The notes beneath the pieces are model-generated. The model was not told the DNA's origin. It made no database searches and saw only the letters and a list, made by a program, of their open reading frames with translations. Of a stretch of 64,000 nt of DNA, positions 35,312 through 44,671 are shown piece after piece. Numbering within the stretch: position 1 is the first letter of the stretch; each line of letters begins with the position of its first letter. Both the position numbers and the translations under genes were made by a program. Where the stretch lies: assembly GCA_032654565.1 (NCBI GenBank), contig JAULAX010000013.1, positions 32,001 through 96,000 on the forward strand, written 5' to 3'. The DNA comes from Anaeromyxobacteraceae bacterium. GTDB lineage: Bacteria; Myxococcota; Myxococcia; Myxococcales; Anaeromyxobacteraceae.

Positions 35312-35721
35312 GTGGTCCTCCCGTCCAGCCAGCCCTGCAGGATCACCGCGGCGGCCTCGGCGTCGATGACCCCCTTCTGGTCGCGCGCCGACAGCCCCTG
35401 CTCGCGCAGCCGGGTCGAGGCCTCGAAGGTGGAGAGCCGCTCGTCGTGGAGCTCGACGGGGAGGCCGAGGCGGGCCGCCAGCCGGGCGGCGAAGCTCCGG
35501 GCCAGGCGGGCCGAGTCCCCCTCGGTGCCGTCCATGTTGAGCGGCAGGCCGACCACCGCCCGCGTCACCTCGTACTGGGCGGCCACCTCGGCGATGGCGT
35601 CGAGGTCGGCGTCGACGCCGAGGCGGGGCACGGTGCGGTGCGCCCGGGCGGTGCGCAGCACGTCGTCGGCCAGGGACAACCCGATCCTGGCGCGGCCGAC
35701 GTCGAGGCCGAGGTAGCGCAT
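35308..35721 (-). CDS. ruvX: RuvX/YqgF family nuclease
   Basis: LGLDVGRARIG, VGLPLNMDG, DERLST, IDAEAA. Confidence 0.93.
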   Translation of the reverse strand: MRYLGLDVGRARIGLSLADDVLRTARAHRTVPRLGVDADLDAIAEVAAQYEVTRAVVGLPLNMDGTEGDSARLARSFAARLAARLGLPVELHDERLSTFEASTRLREQGLSARDQKGVIDAEAAAVILQGWLDGRTT

Positions 35722-35848
35722 GGCGGGCGAATCTAGGGGTCGGGCCCCACGCCGTCAATCGGTCGATCCGCGGACCGGCGTCGCTGCGGCGGACCGGTGG
35801 CCGGGCCGGGGGCCGGCGCAACCCCGCGACGTCGCTGGGAGCCGGCGC

Positions 35849-35864
35849 TGGCATGGCGCTCGCT
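35849..35864 (+). promoter_or_regulatory. Possible sigma54 -24/-12 promoter
   Basis: TGGCATGGCGCTCGCT (GG-N10-GC), 52 nt upstream of ATG 35916. Confidence 0.45.
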
Positions 35865-35915
35865 CATCGCCCCGGGTGGCGGACCGTCCGCCACCACGTC
35901 CCTGGAGGGAACCAC

Positions 35916-36911
35916 ATGTCCTTGCTCTCGTCCGTCACCGGCGCCGCCAGCTCGCTGCTCGGCGGCTTCGCCCCGCTCATCACCGGCCACCTTCCCACCG
36001 GCCTGCTCGGCGGCGTGCTGAGCGGCCTCACCTCGTCGCGCAAGCCCGACGCCCTCACCGCCACGCTGGCCGCCGCCGCGACCAGGACCAAGGCCAAGCC
36101 CAAGGCCAAGGCCACGGCCAAGGCCGGAACGTCGAAGAAGACGGCGACCAAGGCGCCGACGAAGGCGCCCGCGGCCAAGACCAGGAGCCCCACCGCCACC
36201 AAGGCGGCCACGGCGGCCGGCTACAGCAAGACCGCCGCCACCGACGACTTCGCCTTCCTCAAGGACCCGGCCCTCTCGGTCGAGGAGAAGCTCTTCCGCT
36301 TCATGTGCGCCACCGCCAAGCGCAACGACGACGAGGTCCTGAAGAAGATGGAGGAGATGAAGGGCGGCGCGCCGGCCGCGGCGCCGAAGACCGGCACCTC
36401 CGGCGGGACCACCGCTGCGGGCGGCTCGAAGCCGGGCGCCACCACCACCCCGGGCGGCGTCAACGTCTGGGGCGCCATGAAGGCGCTCATCCCGCCGCTC
36501 GGCCTGGCGGCCCAGGTGGTGGGGGACGCCAAGCTCAAGTCGACCGTCGCCCAGCTCTCCGGCCCGGTGCTGGCCGCCGCGGCCACCGCGGCGGGGCTGC
36601 CGACGCTGGCGCCGCTGGCCATGAAGGCCGGGCCCGAGCTGACCTCCTCGCTCCTGGACGGGAAGCTGGGCGGCGGCGACGCCGGCGGCCCGGTCGGGGG
36701 GCGCCCGGCCACGGGGCCGTCGACCTCGGGCGGGGGTTCAACCAGGAGTCCGACCGCCACGACGGCGGCGGCCAGCGGCAAGAACGAGCAGGTGGGGATG
36801 ATGGAGCTGCAGCGGCTCATCGACAAGCAGAAGGAGATGTTCACCATGATCAGCAACGTCCTCAACTCCCAGCACCAGACCCGCATGTCGATCATCGGGA
36901 ACGTCCGGTGA
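35916..36911 (+). CDS. Hypothetical low-complexity protein with a T3SS needle/filament-like C-terminal helix
   Basis: GGAGG RBS; no Sec signal; K/A/T-rich and G/T-rich linkers; ends MMELQRLIDKQKEMFTMISNVLNSQHQTRMSIIGNVR. Confidence 0.6.
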   Translation: MSLLSSVTGAASSLLGGFAPLITGHLPTGLLGGVLSGLTSSRKPDALTATLAAAATRTKAKPKAKATAKAGTSKKTATKAPTKAPAAKTRSPTATKAATAAGYSKTAATDDFAFLKDPALSVEEKLFRFMCATAKRNDDEVLKKMEEMKGGAPAAAPKTGTSGGTTAAGGSKPGATTTPGGVNVWGAMKALIPPLGLAAQVVGDAKLKSTVAQLSGPVLAAAATAAGLPTLAPLAMKAGPELTSSLLDGKLGGGDAGGPVGGRPATGPSTSGGGSTRSPTATTAAASGKNEQVGMMELQRLIDKQKEMFTMISNVLNSQHQTRMSIIGNVR

Positions 36912-36919
36912 GGCCCGCC

Positions 36920-37360
36920 ATGGAGACCCAGGTGAACGACCGGAGCGAGGCGACGCTGGCGGAGGTGATCGGGCTGACCGAGGAGCTGGGCGGGGCCATC
37001 GCCGGCATCGCCGAAGGGGAGCTGTCGGCGGGGCGCACCGAGGCGGCCCGGACCATCCTCGAGGGGCTGGTGGTGACCAACCCGCGCGACGCCCGCGGCT
37101 GGATCCTGCTGGCGCGGACCCACCGGTCGATGGGCCAGCCGCTGGCGGCCCGGTTCTGCGCCGAGGTGGCCGGCATCCTGGCGCCGGGGACGCCGGCGGC
37201 CCGGCTGGCCCAGGCCGAGGGGCTGCTGGCCTTCCCGGAGGATCGGGCCCGGGGGCTGGAGCTGCTGGGCCAGCTGGCCGAAGGGGAGGGAGCGATCGCG
37301 GAGAGGGCGGCGGCGCTCTGGGAGGCGTCGGGCCGGGCGGCACCTCCCCCGAACGGGTGA
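36920..37360 (+). CDS. TPR protein resembling class II T3SS chaperones (SycD/LcrH)
   Basis: ATLAEVIGLTEELGGAIA...GRTEAARTILEGLVVTNPRDARGWILLA; 146 aa. Confidence 0.6.
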   Translation: METQVNDRSEATLAEVIGLTEELGGAIAGIAEGELSAGRTEAARTILEGLVVTNPRDARGWILLARTHRSMGQPLAARFCAEVAGILAPGTPAARLAQAEGLLAFPEDRARGLELLGQLAEGEGAIAERAAALWEASGRAAPPPNG

Positions 37361-37525
37361 GGGTCGGTCCGGGCCAGAATCAGGGGTGCGGCTTCCCCGG
37401 TGTCACCCCCTCGTAGTAAAGAGACCGCGCAGCGTGGACCACGGGCGCCCCCGGCTTCACCGGGGTCGCTCGCGGTGTATCGGGAACCCGGATCATCCGG
37501 GCCCGGCGACGGAAGGGAAGTTCGA

Positions 37526-37747
37526 GTGAGCGAGAAGGAAGCGAACATCGAGGTCCAGGGCATGGTCGACGAGGCCCTGGCCGGTGGCATGTACCGGGTC
37601 AAGGTCGACCAGGGTCCAATCGTCCTGGCCTACGCCTCGGGCAAGATGAAGAAGTTCCACATCCGCATCATCCCGGGCGATCGCGTCAAGCTCGAGCTCT
37701 CCCCGTACGACCTCACCCGCGGTCGCATCACCTATCGCGACAAGTGA
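37526..37747 (+). CDS. infA: Translation initiation factor IF-1
   Basis: [11 protein letters not shown]...[34 protein letters not shown]. Confidence 0.95.
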   Translation: MSEKEANIEVQGMVDEALAGGMYRVKVDQGPIVLAYASGKMKKFHIRIIPGDRVKLELSPYDLTRGRITYRDK

Positions 37748-39075
37748 GCCTGGCGCCCCCGCCCCAGCCCTCGACCCCGCCCAAGCGCAAGCTCTGGCTC
37801 GACTGGCAGCGCGGCCTGGCCGTGCTGTTCATGATCCAGTTTCACATCCTCGACGCCTGGATCAGCCCGGGCGGCAAGGTCGGCCAGGAGGGGCTCTTCA
37901 CCGCCCTGACCTGGATCGGTGGGCTGGCCGCGCCGGGCTTCATCTACATGGCCGGGCTCTCGCAGGCGCTCTCCGACGAGGCCCAGGCCCGCAAGGGCGG
38001 CGACCCGGTGGCGCGGCGGAGGGCGGCCATCGGGCGCGGCCTCTGGCTGCTCGGCATCGCCTACCTCTTCCGCGTCTTCTCCTTCGTGGCCGGCGGCGCC
38101 TGGGGGCCGGGCTGGGGCCTCCCCTACCTGTTCGGCGTCGACGTCCTCTCGGTGGTCGGCTTCGGCATGACCCTGGCCGTGAAGTTGGGCGCCTGGCACC
38201 CGCGGCGCCCCCGGCTGGCCGTCTGGGGCGGCCTGGCGCTGGTGCTGGCCTCCGCCCTCTGGCGCGGCGCCTGGCGCTGGGACGGCTGGCACGACATCAT
38301 CAAGGTCGACGTCCTCAACGTCATCGCCGTCGGCATGATCGTCTCGGCCTGGCTCTCGGTGGGGCGGCCCCGCAAGGTGGCGGTGGCGCTCACCGCCGGC
38401 GCCGCCGTGCTGGTGCTCGCCGCCACCCCCTGGCTCGGCGCCGCGCTGATGTGGCGCGACTCGCCGGCGGCCCTGGCCCAGCTCTCCGCCAACCCGCTCC
38501 TCAAGCTGCTCGATCACCCCCTCGCCTACCTCTACGGCCAGCCCCCGCGCAGCCAGTTCATGCTCTTCAACTGGATCGCCTTCCTGCTGGCCGGGGCCAC
38601 GGTGGCGCCGCTGGTGACCGGCCGGAGCCGGCCCTTCCTGGTGATGGGGATCGCCGCCGCCCTCTATGGCTTCGGGCGGCTCATCGACCCGTTCATTGCC
38701 ATGCCGGTGAGCGATCCCACCTTCTGGTGGATCACCGCCCCCAGCTGGTTCCTCACCCGGCTGGCCATCTGCATCGGCCTCACCGGGGCCCTCCAGCTCC
38801 TCCCCGACCTGATGGAGAAGCCGCTGGCCTGGCTCTCGACGCTGGGGCGGCAGTCGCTGGTGGCCTACATGGTCTCGCTGCAGCTGACCTACGGCGGCTC
38901 GGCCCGGATGATGGGGCTGGACCACGCCGTGGCGCTGCCGCTGCTGCTCTCCACCATGGTCAACATGGTGGTGGCGATGGTGGTGGTGGGCCGGGCCTGG
39001 GAGTGGTGGCTGGGGTGGGAGCGCCAGCGGCTGGCCCGCGCCGCCACCCGCGGGTCACCCGCCGTCGCCGCCTGA
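37744..39075 (+). CDS. Multi-TM acyltransferase-like protein (DUF1624/HGSNAT-like)
   Basis: [39 protein letters not shown]. Confidence 0.75.
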   Translation: MSLAPPPQPSTPPKRKLWLDWQRGLAVLFMIQFHILDAWISPGGKVGQEGLFTALTWIGGLAAPGFIYMAGLSQALSDEAQARKGGDPVARRRAAIGRGLWLLGIAYLFRVFSFVAGGAWGPGWGLPYLFGVDVLSVVGFGMTLAVKLGAWHPRRPRLAVWGGLALVLASALWRGAWRWDGWHDIIKVDVLNVIAVGMIVSAWLSVGRPRKVAVALTAGAAVLVLAATPWLGAALMWRDSPAALAQLSANPLLKLLDHPLAYLYGQPPRSQFMLFNWIAFLLAGATVAPLVTGRSRPFLVMGIAAALYGFGRLIDPFIAMPVSDPTFWWITAPSWFLTRLAICIGLTGALQLLPDLMEKPLAWLSTLGRQSLVAYMVSLQLTYGGSARMMGLDHAVALPLLLSTMVNMVVAMVVVGRAWEWWLGWERQRLARAATRGSPAVAA

Positions 39076-41076
39076 CGGCGTCGTGGGTCGGGCCGGCTCG
39101 GTCGCGTCCTCGCCGTCGGCGTCGTCCACGCCCGGGGCCGGCGCCGGACCGGCGGCCGGCTCCTGGGCCTGGGGCGCGCCGAAGGCGAAGTCGAGCCGCT
39201 CCTGCAGCGCCCGCTCCAGCGCCGCGTCGCCGAGCACCCCGAAGCCGTTGAGCCTGACCAGCAGGTCGTCCACCCGGGTGCGGTAGGCGCGGTCGCCCAG
39301 CCCCGCCGACACCAGCCGGTGGGACCGCGTGGGGCTGGGGATGATGGCGGCGAGGAAGCAGGCCTGGCGCGGCGTGAGCTGCCGGGGATCGACGCCGAAG
39401 TAGGCCCGGGCGGCCGGGCCGATCCCGTGCAGGCCAGGACCCCACTCGATCAGGTTCAGGTAGAGCTCCAGCAGCCGCGCCTTGGGCAGGCTGGCCTCGA
39501 GCGCCACCGTCACCATGGCCTCGCGCGCCTTGCGGGCCAGGGTCCGGTCGCGCGACAGGTAGAGGTTCTTGGCCAGCTGCTGGGAGATGGTCGAGCCGCC
39601 GCGCACCACCCGACCGGCCTGGGCCCCGGCGGCCACGGCGTCGAGCAGCTCGGCGAAGTCGAAGCCCTGGTGGCCGAAGAAGCCGGCGTCCTCGGCGGTG
39701 GTGACGGCGCGGACCACGTGCTCGGGCAGCTCCGCCAGGGGGACGAAGGCGGGGCTGCGCGGGCCGAGCAGGACGGCGACGCCGTCCTCGCCGTCGGGGT
39801 GGGCGATGAAGGCGGAGAGGAGCGGGCCCGGCGGGGCGGCGCGGATGGCGGCGCGCATGGGGGCGAGATCGAGGCCGGCGGTGACGGTCCAGCCGACCAG
39901 CGGCGTCAGCGGCCCGCTGAGCCGGAGCGAGCCCCCGAAGCGCCCGGGCGGCCGGGGGGCGGCCGGCGGCGGGGCCAGGGCCGCCGGGAGGGCCTCGACC
40001 AGGGCCCGGTAGTCGGTCATGGGTGCGATCACCGAGAGGGTGAAGGAGGGCTCGGGGCCGAGCGAGATCGCCCCGTCGGCCTCGAGCCGCAGCGGGCCGA
40101 GCAGCTCCAGCCGGCCGCGGCGCAGCTCGAGGCGCCGGCCGGCCGGGAGCCAGGCCAGCTCGGCCGCGCCGCTGGCGGAGAGCGGGCCGACCGGCTCCGG
40201 CCCGAGCCGCTCGCCCCGGAGCCGGAGGCGGGACAGGTCGGCGCGGAGCGTGGCCTGGGCGCCGTCGCCGCCGGTGGCGCCGGCCAGCTCCAGCGTCAGG
40301 TCGCCGGCCTCGGCCTGGAGCCCGGCGGTGCGGGCCGACACCGGCAGGTCGGTCACCCCCAGCGTGGCGGTGACGCGGAACTCCCAGCCTCGCTCCCCGG
40401 CCGTCGAGCGCCGCAGCCGGGCCTCGATCCGGCCGCCTCCGGAGAGCGAGGCGTCGGCCTCGATCCGCTCGCCGTCGGCGGCGCCGCGCCGGAGCAGCCG
40501 GACGTCGAGCGGCCCGACCAGCACGGTCCGGCCGCGCCAGGGGAGCACCACGGTGAGGCCGCGGAGGTGGAGCTCCGGGTCCCGGGCCCGGGGGGAGGTC
40601 GAGGGCGGCCCGGCCCGGGGAGGGTGGCTCCGCCAGCGCGCCAGCGCCGCCTCCAGCTCCTGGAAGCGCTCACCGGGGGCCAGCCGCACCCCGTAGAGCC
40701 GGATCGAGGCCGGCTCGATGCGGCCGGAGAGGGCCGAGAGCAGGCTGGCGCGAACCCGGATCCGCTCCACGGTGAGCAGCGGCCCGGCCCCCGGCGCGGA
40801 GCCGGGGATGCGCAGCGGCCCCAGCCAGGCGCGCAGCGCCCAGTCGATTTCCACCGTCTCGGCCAGCTCCACCGGCCCCAGCCGGGCCTGGAGCGTCGCC
40901 AGCGCCCGGGCGTGGATGCGGGCCTGGACGCTGGGGCGGTCGAGCGCGGCGTGGAGCAGGACCCAGGCCAGCGCCACCAGGGCGGCGCCCGCCAGGCCTC
41001 CCAGCGCTCGCCAGGAGAGCCGGTCGGGGACCGGTGGGCCGGGGAGTCCCGGATCGGGGTCAACGGGCGATTCCAT
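39055..41076 (-). CDS. Monofunctional peptidoglycan transglycosylase (GT51) with a long N-terminal extension
   Basis: EDAGFFGHQG, GGSTISQQLAKNL, RKARE, ELYLNLIEWG; no transpeptidase domain. Confidence 0.85.
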   Translation of the reverse strand: MESPVDPDPGLPGPPVPDRLSWRALGGLAGAALVALAWVLLHAALDRPSVQARIHARALATLQARLGPVELAETVEIDWALRAWLGPLRIPGSAPGAGPLLTVERIRVRASLLSALSGRIEPASIRLYGVRLAPGERFQELEAALARWRSHPPRAGPPSTSPRARDPELHLRGLTVVLPWRGRTVLVGPLDVRLLRRGAADGERIEADASLSGGGRIEARLRRSTAGERGWEFRVTATLGVTDLPVSARTAGLQAEAGDLTLELAGATGGDGAQATLRADLSRLRLRGERLGPEPVGPLSASGAAELAWLPAGRRLELRRGRLELLGPLRLEADGAISLGPEPSFTLSVIAPMTDYRALVEALPAALAPPPAAPRPPGRFGGSLRLSGPLTPLVGWTVTAGLDLAPMRAAIRAAPPGPLLSAFIAHPDGEDGVAVLLGPRSPAFVPLAELPEHVVRAVTTAEDAGFFGHQGFDFAELLDAVAAGAQAGRVVRGGSTISQQLAKNLYLSRDRTLARKAREAMVTVALEASLPKARLLELYLNLIEWGPGLHGIGPAARAYFGVDPRQLTPRQACFLAAIIPSPTRSHRLVSAGLGDRAYRTRVDDLLVRLNGFGVLGDAALERALQERLDFAFGAPQAQEPAAGPAPAPGVDDADGEDATEPARPTTPSGGDGG

Positions 41077-41173
41077 CGTCGACTCAAAGGTCTAGCCGGG
41101 GTCCCGCCCGGGAGCAACGGCTCGTCCGAGGGAAGGCGCGGGGTCCCATTCCTGTTAGGATCGTACCAGCGCC

Positions 41174-42346
41174 ATGGCTCATTTCGGACCCACCCTTCGC
41201 CGTCGCAGGCACCAGGATCGACCTGGCCTGCGGACCGCCGTGGCGGTGGTGGTCTCCCTGCTCCTCAACTGGCTGCTGGTGACCCGGATCGATCCCGGCT
41301 CGCTCGGGCTCGGGCCGGTCAAGGCGGTCAGGCCGGTCGACCTGGCGGCGCTGAGCGCCTCCGACTGGAGCGCCAACCGGTCCATCCGCGATCCGAGGGC
41401 GCCGCCGCCCCCCAACGTGCCGCCGGCCCGGGCCGAGCCGCCACCGGAGGAGCTGCGCAAGTTCCCCGGGCAGGTGGTCGAGACGGGAGCATGGAACAAG
41501 GCCGTCCCGAAGAAGGAGACGAAGTTCGTCTCTGATCGGGACAACTCTGTCGATGTCGAGACCCGCTCTCGCGCCCGCGTACCGGGTGCCCCTGCGTCGT
41601 CCCCGGGGCCAACGGTCCAGGGGGCGGCGACCAGCGCGGCCCCCAGTGGTCAGGGCGGGAAGGCGGAGCGGTTCGTCGAGGGGCGCGCCGGCCAGCGGGC
41701 CGGCCAGGACCGGACCCAGGCCAGGAACCAGGGGGACCCGAAGGGTGAGCGGACGCCGGCCGTCGCCGGTGGCGAGATCCCGACATTGCCATGGGAGCCT
41801 AAGCTGACCACCGCGGAGGACCGCGCCTCGGGAGCGTCGGGCACCGGCGAAGGCGGCCAGCGGCGACCGGGCCAGTACGACCCGCGGCTGGCACTCACTC
41901 CGCAGACCCTGGCCCGGCTGGCCGGCGGCGGCTCCCCGGACAAGCTCGACGGCGTGTTGGAGGGCGACGGCACCTTCCTCAACACCCGCGAGTGGAAGTA
42001 CGCCACCTACTTCAACCGCATCAAGCAGGCGGTCTCCTCCACCTGGAACCCGCAGCGCGCCCTCGACCAGCGCGATCCCGAGCGGACGCTCTACGGCAGC
42101 CGCGACCGCTACACGCTGCTGTCGGTGACGCTCGACACCACCGGCGCGCTCAAGGACGTGGTGGTGAAGAAGACCAGCGGCGTGGAGTTCCTCGACAAGA
42201 CCACCGTGGAGGCCTTCAAGCGGGCCCAGCCCTTCGCCAACCCGCCGCCCGGCATCGTCGAGCCCAACGGCGAGATCCGCTTCACCTTCGGCTTCTACCT
42301 GGAGATCGGGCGGGGCGGCTTCCAGATCTTCCGGGGTGGGCCGTGA
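41174..42346 (+). CDS. TonB-C domain membrane protein
   Basis: N-terminal TM, Pro-rich linker; YFNRIKQAV..WNP, SGVEFLD...AFKRAQPF.NPP. Confidence 0.8.
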   Translation: MAHFGPTLRRRRHQDRPGLRTAVAVVVSLLLNWLLVTRIDPGSLGLGPVKAVRPVDLAALSASDWSANRSIRDPRAPPPPNVPPARAEPPPEELRKFPGQVVETGAWNKAVPKKETKFVSDRDNSVDVETRSRARVPGAPASSPGPTVQGAATSAAPSGQGGKAERFVEGRAGQRAGQDRTQARNQGDPKGERTPAVAGGEIPTLPWEPKLTTAEDRASGASGTGEGGQRRPGQYDPRLALTPQTLARLAGGGSPDKLDGVLEGDGTFLNTREWKYATYFNRIKQAVSSTWNPQRALDQRDPERTLYGSRDRYTLLSVTLDTTGALKDVVVKKTSGVEFLDKTTVEAFKRAQPFANPPPGIVEPNGEIRFTFGFYLEIGRGGFQIFRGGP

Positions 42347-42376
42347 ACAGCCAGCCCCGGCGGGACGGGGGCGGCG

Positions 42377-42853
42377 ATGAGTGAGACGTTCCGGCGGGTC
42401 ATGCCGGCCTGCAAGCGGATCGCCCTGATCGCCCACGATCGCCGCAAGGCCGACCTGCTGGCCTGGGTCGCCTTCAACCATCCGGTGCTTCGGGAGCACC
42501 AGCTCTGCGCCACCGGCACCACCGGCGCCCTGGTGGCGGCCCGCACCGGGCTGCCGGTGGAGCGGTTCCGGTCGGGTCCGCTCGGCGGCGACCAGCAGGT
42601 CGGGGCCCGCATCTCCGAGGGGGCCATCGACATCCTGATCTTCTTCTGGGATCCGCTCGAGCCGCAGCCCCACGATCCCGACGTCAAGGCGCTGCTGCGC
42701 CTGGCGGTGCTCTACAACATCCCCACCGCCTGCAACCGCGCCACCGCCGACTTCCTGGTGGCCGCGCCGCTCTTCCACGGCGCCTATGACCAGCAGGTGG
42801 CCGACCACGACGCCGACCGTGAAGCCTTCCTCTCGGAGCAGCTGAAGCGGTGA
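42377..42853 (+). CDS. mgsA: Methylglyoxal synthase
   Basis: IALIAHD, ATGTTG, SGPLGGDQQVG, FFWDPL..PHDPDVKAL. Confidence 0.95.
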   Translation: MSETFRRVMPACKRIALIAHDRRKADLLAWVAFNHPVLREHQLCATGTTGALVAARTGLPVERFRSGPLGGDQQVGARISEGAIDILIFFWDPLEPQPHDPDVKALLRLAVLYNIPTACNRATADFLVAAPLFHGAYDQQVADHDADREAFLSEQLKR

Positions 42854-43635
42854 TGGGCCCGCCCGGGGTGATGGGGCCGCCCTCGCCGGCGGCGCTGGCC
42901 TTCCTGCTGCAGGGGGCCGCCGCCTGCTACGGGCTGGCGCTGCTGGCCGCGCTGCTCCGGCCGCGCTGGGCCCGGTGGCCGCTGGCGCTGGGGGTGGCGC
43001 TCCAGCTCGGCTGGTCGCTCTGGCGCGGGCTGCTGATCGGCTTCCTGCCGCTCACCAACAAGACCGAGTCCTTCGCCGCCGCGGCGCTGGCGGTGGCGCT
43101 GGTGGGGGTGGTGGCCTTCCGGCCGGCGCGGGCCTGGCTGCTCCCGCTGCTGGGCGTGCTGGGGGCGGCCATGGCCACGGCGCTGCTCTTCCCACAGGGG
43201 CTGCACTGGCCGCCGCCGCTGATGCGGACCGCCTGGTACCCGGCCCACGTGCCGCTCTCCTTCCTCGCCTACGGGTGCTGGACCGCGGCGGCGGCGGGCG
43301 GCGTCGCCTGGTTCACCGACCGTGACCCGGAGTGGCTGCCGCTCCTCGACCGGCTCGGCCTGTGGGGCTTCGCCCTCTGGTCGCTCTCGATGATCTGCGG
43401 GGGCGTCTGGGGGGTGGTGGCGTGGGGGGCCTGGTTCCTCTGGGACCCCAAGGTCGTCTGGTCGGTGATCCTCTGGTTCCACGCCTCCACCTCGGTCCAC
43501 GTCCGGCTGACGCCGTCGCTGGCGGGGCGGCCCTGGGTGCGGCCGGCGCTGGCCATCACCGGCTTCCTGCTGGTGCTGGTGGCCTACGTCGGCACCTCCT
43601 TCCTCTTCGGACGATCGAGCCATGCCTTCGGCTGA
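42850..43635 (+). CDS. ccsA: Cytochrome c biogenesis protein, CcsA/ResC-like
   Basis: WWD motif GGVWGVVAWGAWFLWDPK; TM His in HVPLSF. Confidence 0.8.
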   Translation: MMGPPGVMGPPSPAALAFLLQGAAACYGLALLAALLRPRWARWPLALGVALQLGWSLWRGLLIGFLPLTNKTESFAAAALAVALVGVVAFRPARAWLLPLLGVLGAAMATALLFPQGLHWPPPLMRTAWYPAHVPLSFLAYGCWTAAAAGGVAWFTDRDPEWLPLLDRLGLWGFALWSLSMICGGVWGVVAWGAWFLWDPKVVWSVILWFHASTSVHVRLTPSLAGRPWVRPALAITGFLLVLVAYVGTSFLFGRSSHAFG

Positions 43636-44671
43636 CGCCCCCGTCACCCTGGGGCGCCCCGGCGCCGCCGCCGTTCCGCCCCGGCCCGACCGCTGGGGCT
43701 GGCTCCGCTCCCAGGGGCTGGGGATCTGCTGCGGCCTGGCCACCATGCTGCTGCTGGCCATCGGCTCGGTGGTGATGGCGGCCACCCGCGACGGGGCCTC
43801 GGCCGGCGTCGGCCTCGACGACCTGACCGCCTTCTTCGCCCGCCCCAGCCCGGTCCACCTCTGGCTCTACGCGCTGGTACCGGTGGCGGCGCTCTACGCG
43901 CTCAACACGCTGCTGGCCACATGGGAGACGGTGACCACCCGCTGGCGGGCCGGGCTGCGGGCGCCGCGCGCCTACGCCGCCGCGGTGATGCACCTGTCCT
44001 TCCTGGTGGCGCTGCTGGCCCACCTGGCCGGCGGCTTCCTCTCGGTCGAGGGTGGCGCCCACGTGGTGGCCGAGGGGTGGCAGCCACTCCCCGGCTTCGG
44101 CGAGGCCCGGCTGGTCACGCTGGACGTCGACGAGCTGCCCAACGGCATGCCGCGCGAGGTCCGCGCCGCGGTGGAGCTGCGCGACCCGGCGGGTCGGGTG
44201 GAGTCGAGGGTGGTCGGCTACAACCAGCCGCTCTCGGGCGGGTGGGGGAGCCGGCTGGCGCTGCTCGCCGAGCTCGGCCAGGTGCCGGTGGCGAGACTGG
44301 CCTCGGGCGAGGAGAGCTGCGCGCTGGCCCAGGAGCAGGGGTGCGTGCTGGGCGGCGAGCGGGTCGAGGTGCTGGCCTTCGCCGAGCCGCGCGGGCGGCG
44401 CGCGGCGCTGGTGCGGGCGGCGCCGGCCGGTGGCGGGCCGACGGTCCGCTGGATGGCCCCGGGCGAGCTGGTGGCGCTGCGGGGCGGCCGGCCGCTGCTG
44501 CTGGTGGAGGCCGCGGTGGTCCCGGCGGTGCTGCTGCGGGTGCGGGAGGCGCCGGGGAACCCGCTGGCGCTGGTGGCGGCGGTGCTGCTGGCAGTCGGCG
44601 TGGTGATGATGTGGAGACGCCTGGCGCCGGCTTCTGGTGGCGCCAGCGCAAGACGCGTTCCTGGAGCCTGA
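43622..44671 (+). CDS. Short ResB/CcsB-like membrane protein
   Basis: Overlaps ccsA; three N-terminal TMs with His (MHLSF, AHLAG); periplasmic domain with YNQPL; C-terminal TM after PGNPL. Confidence 0.6.
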   Translation: MPSADAPVTLGRPGAAAVPPRPDRWGWLRSQGLGICCGLATMLLLAIGSVVMAATRDGASAGVGLDDLTAFFARPSPVHLWLYALVPVAALYALNTLLATWETVTTRWRAGLRAPRAYAAAVMHLSFLVALLAHLAGGFLSVEGGAHVVAEGWQPLPGFGEARLVTLDVDELPNGMPREVRAAVELRDPAGRVESRVVGYNQPLSGGWGSRLALLAELGQVPVARLASGEESCALAQEQGCVLGGERVEVLAFAEPRGRRAALVRAAPAGGGPTVRWMAPGELVALRGGRPLLLVEAAVVPAVLLRVREAPGNPLALVAAVLLAVGVVMMWRRLAPASGGASARRVPGA

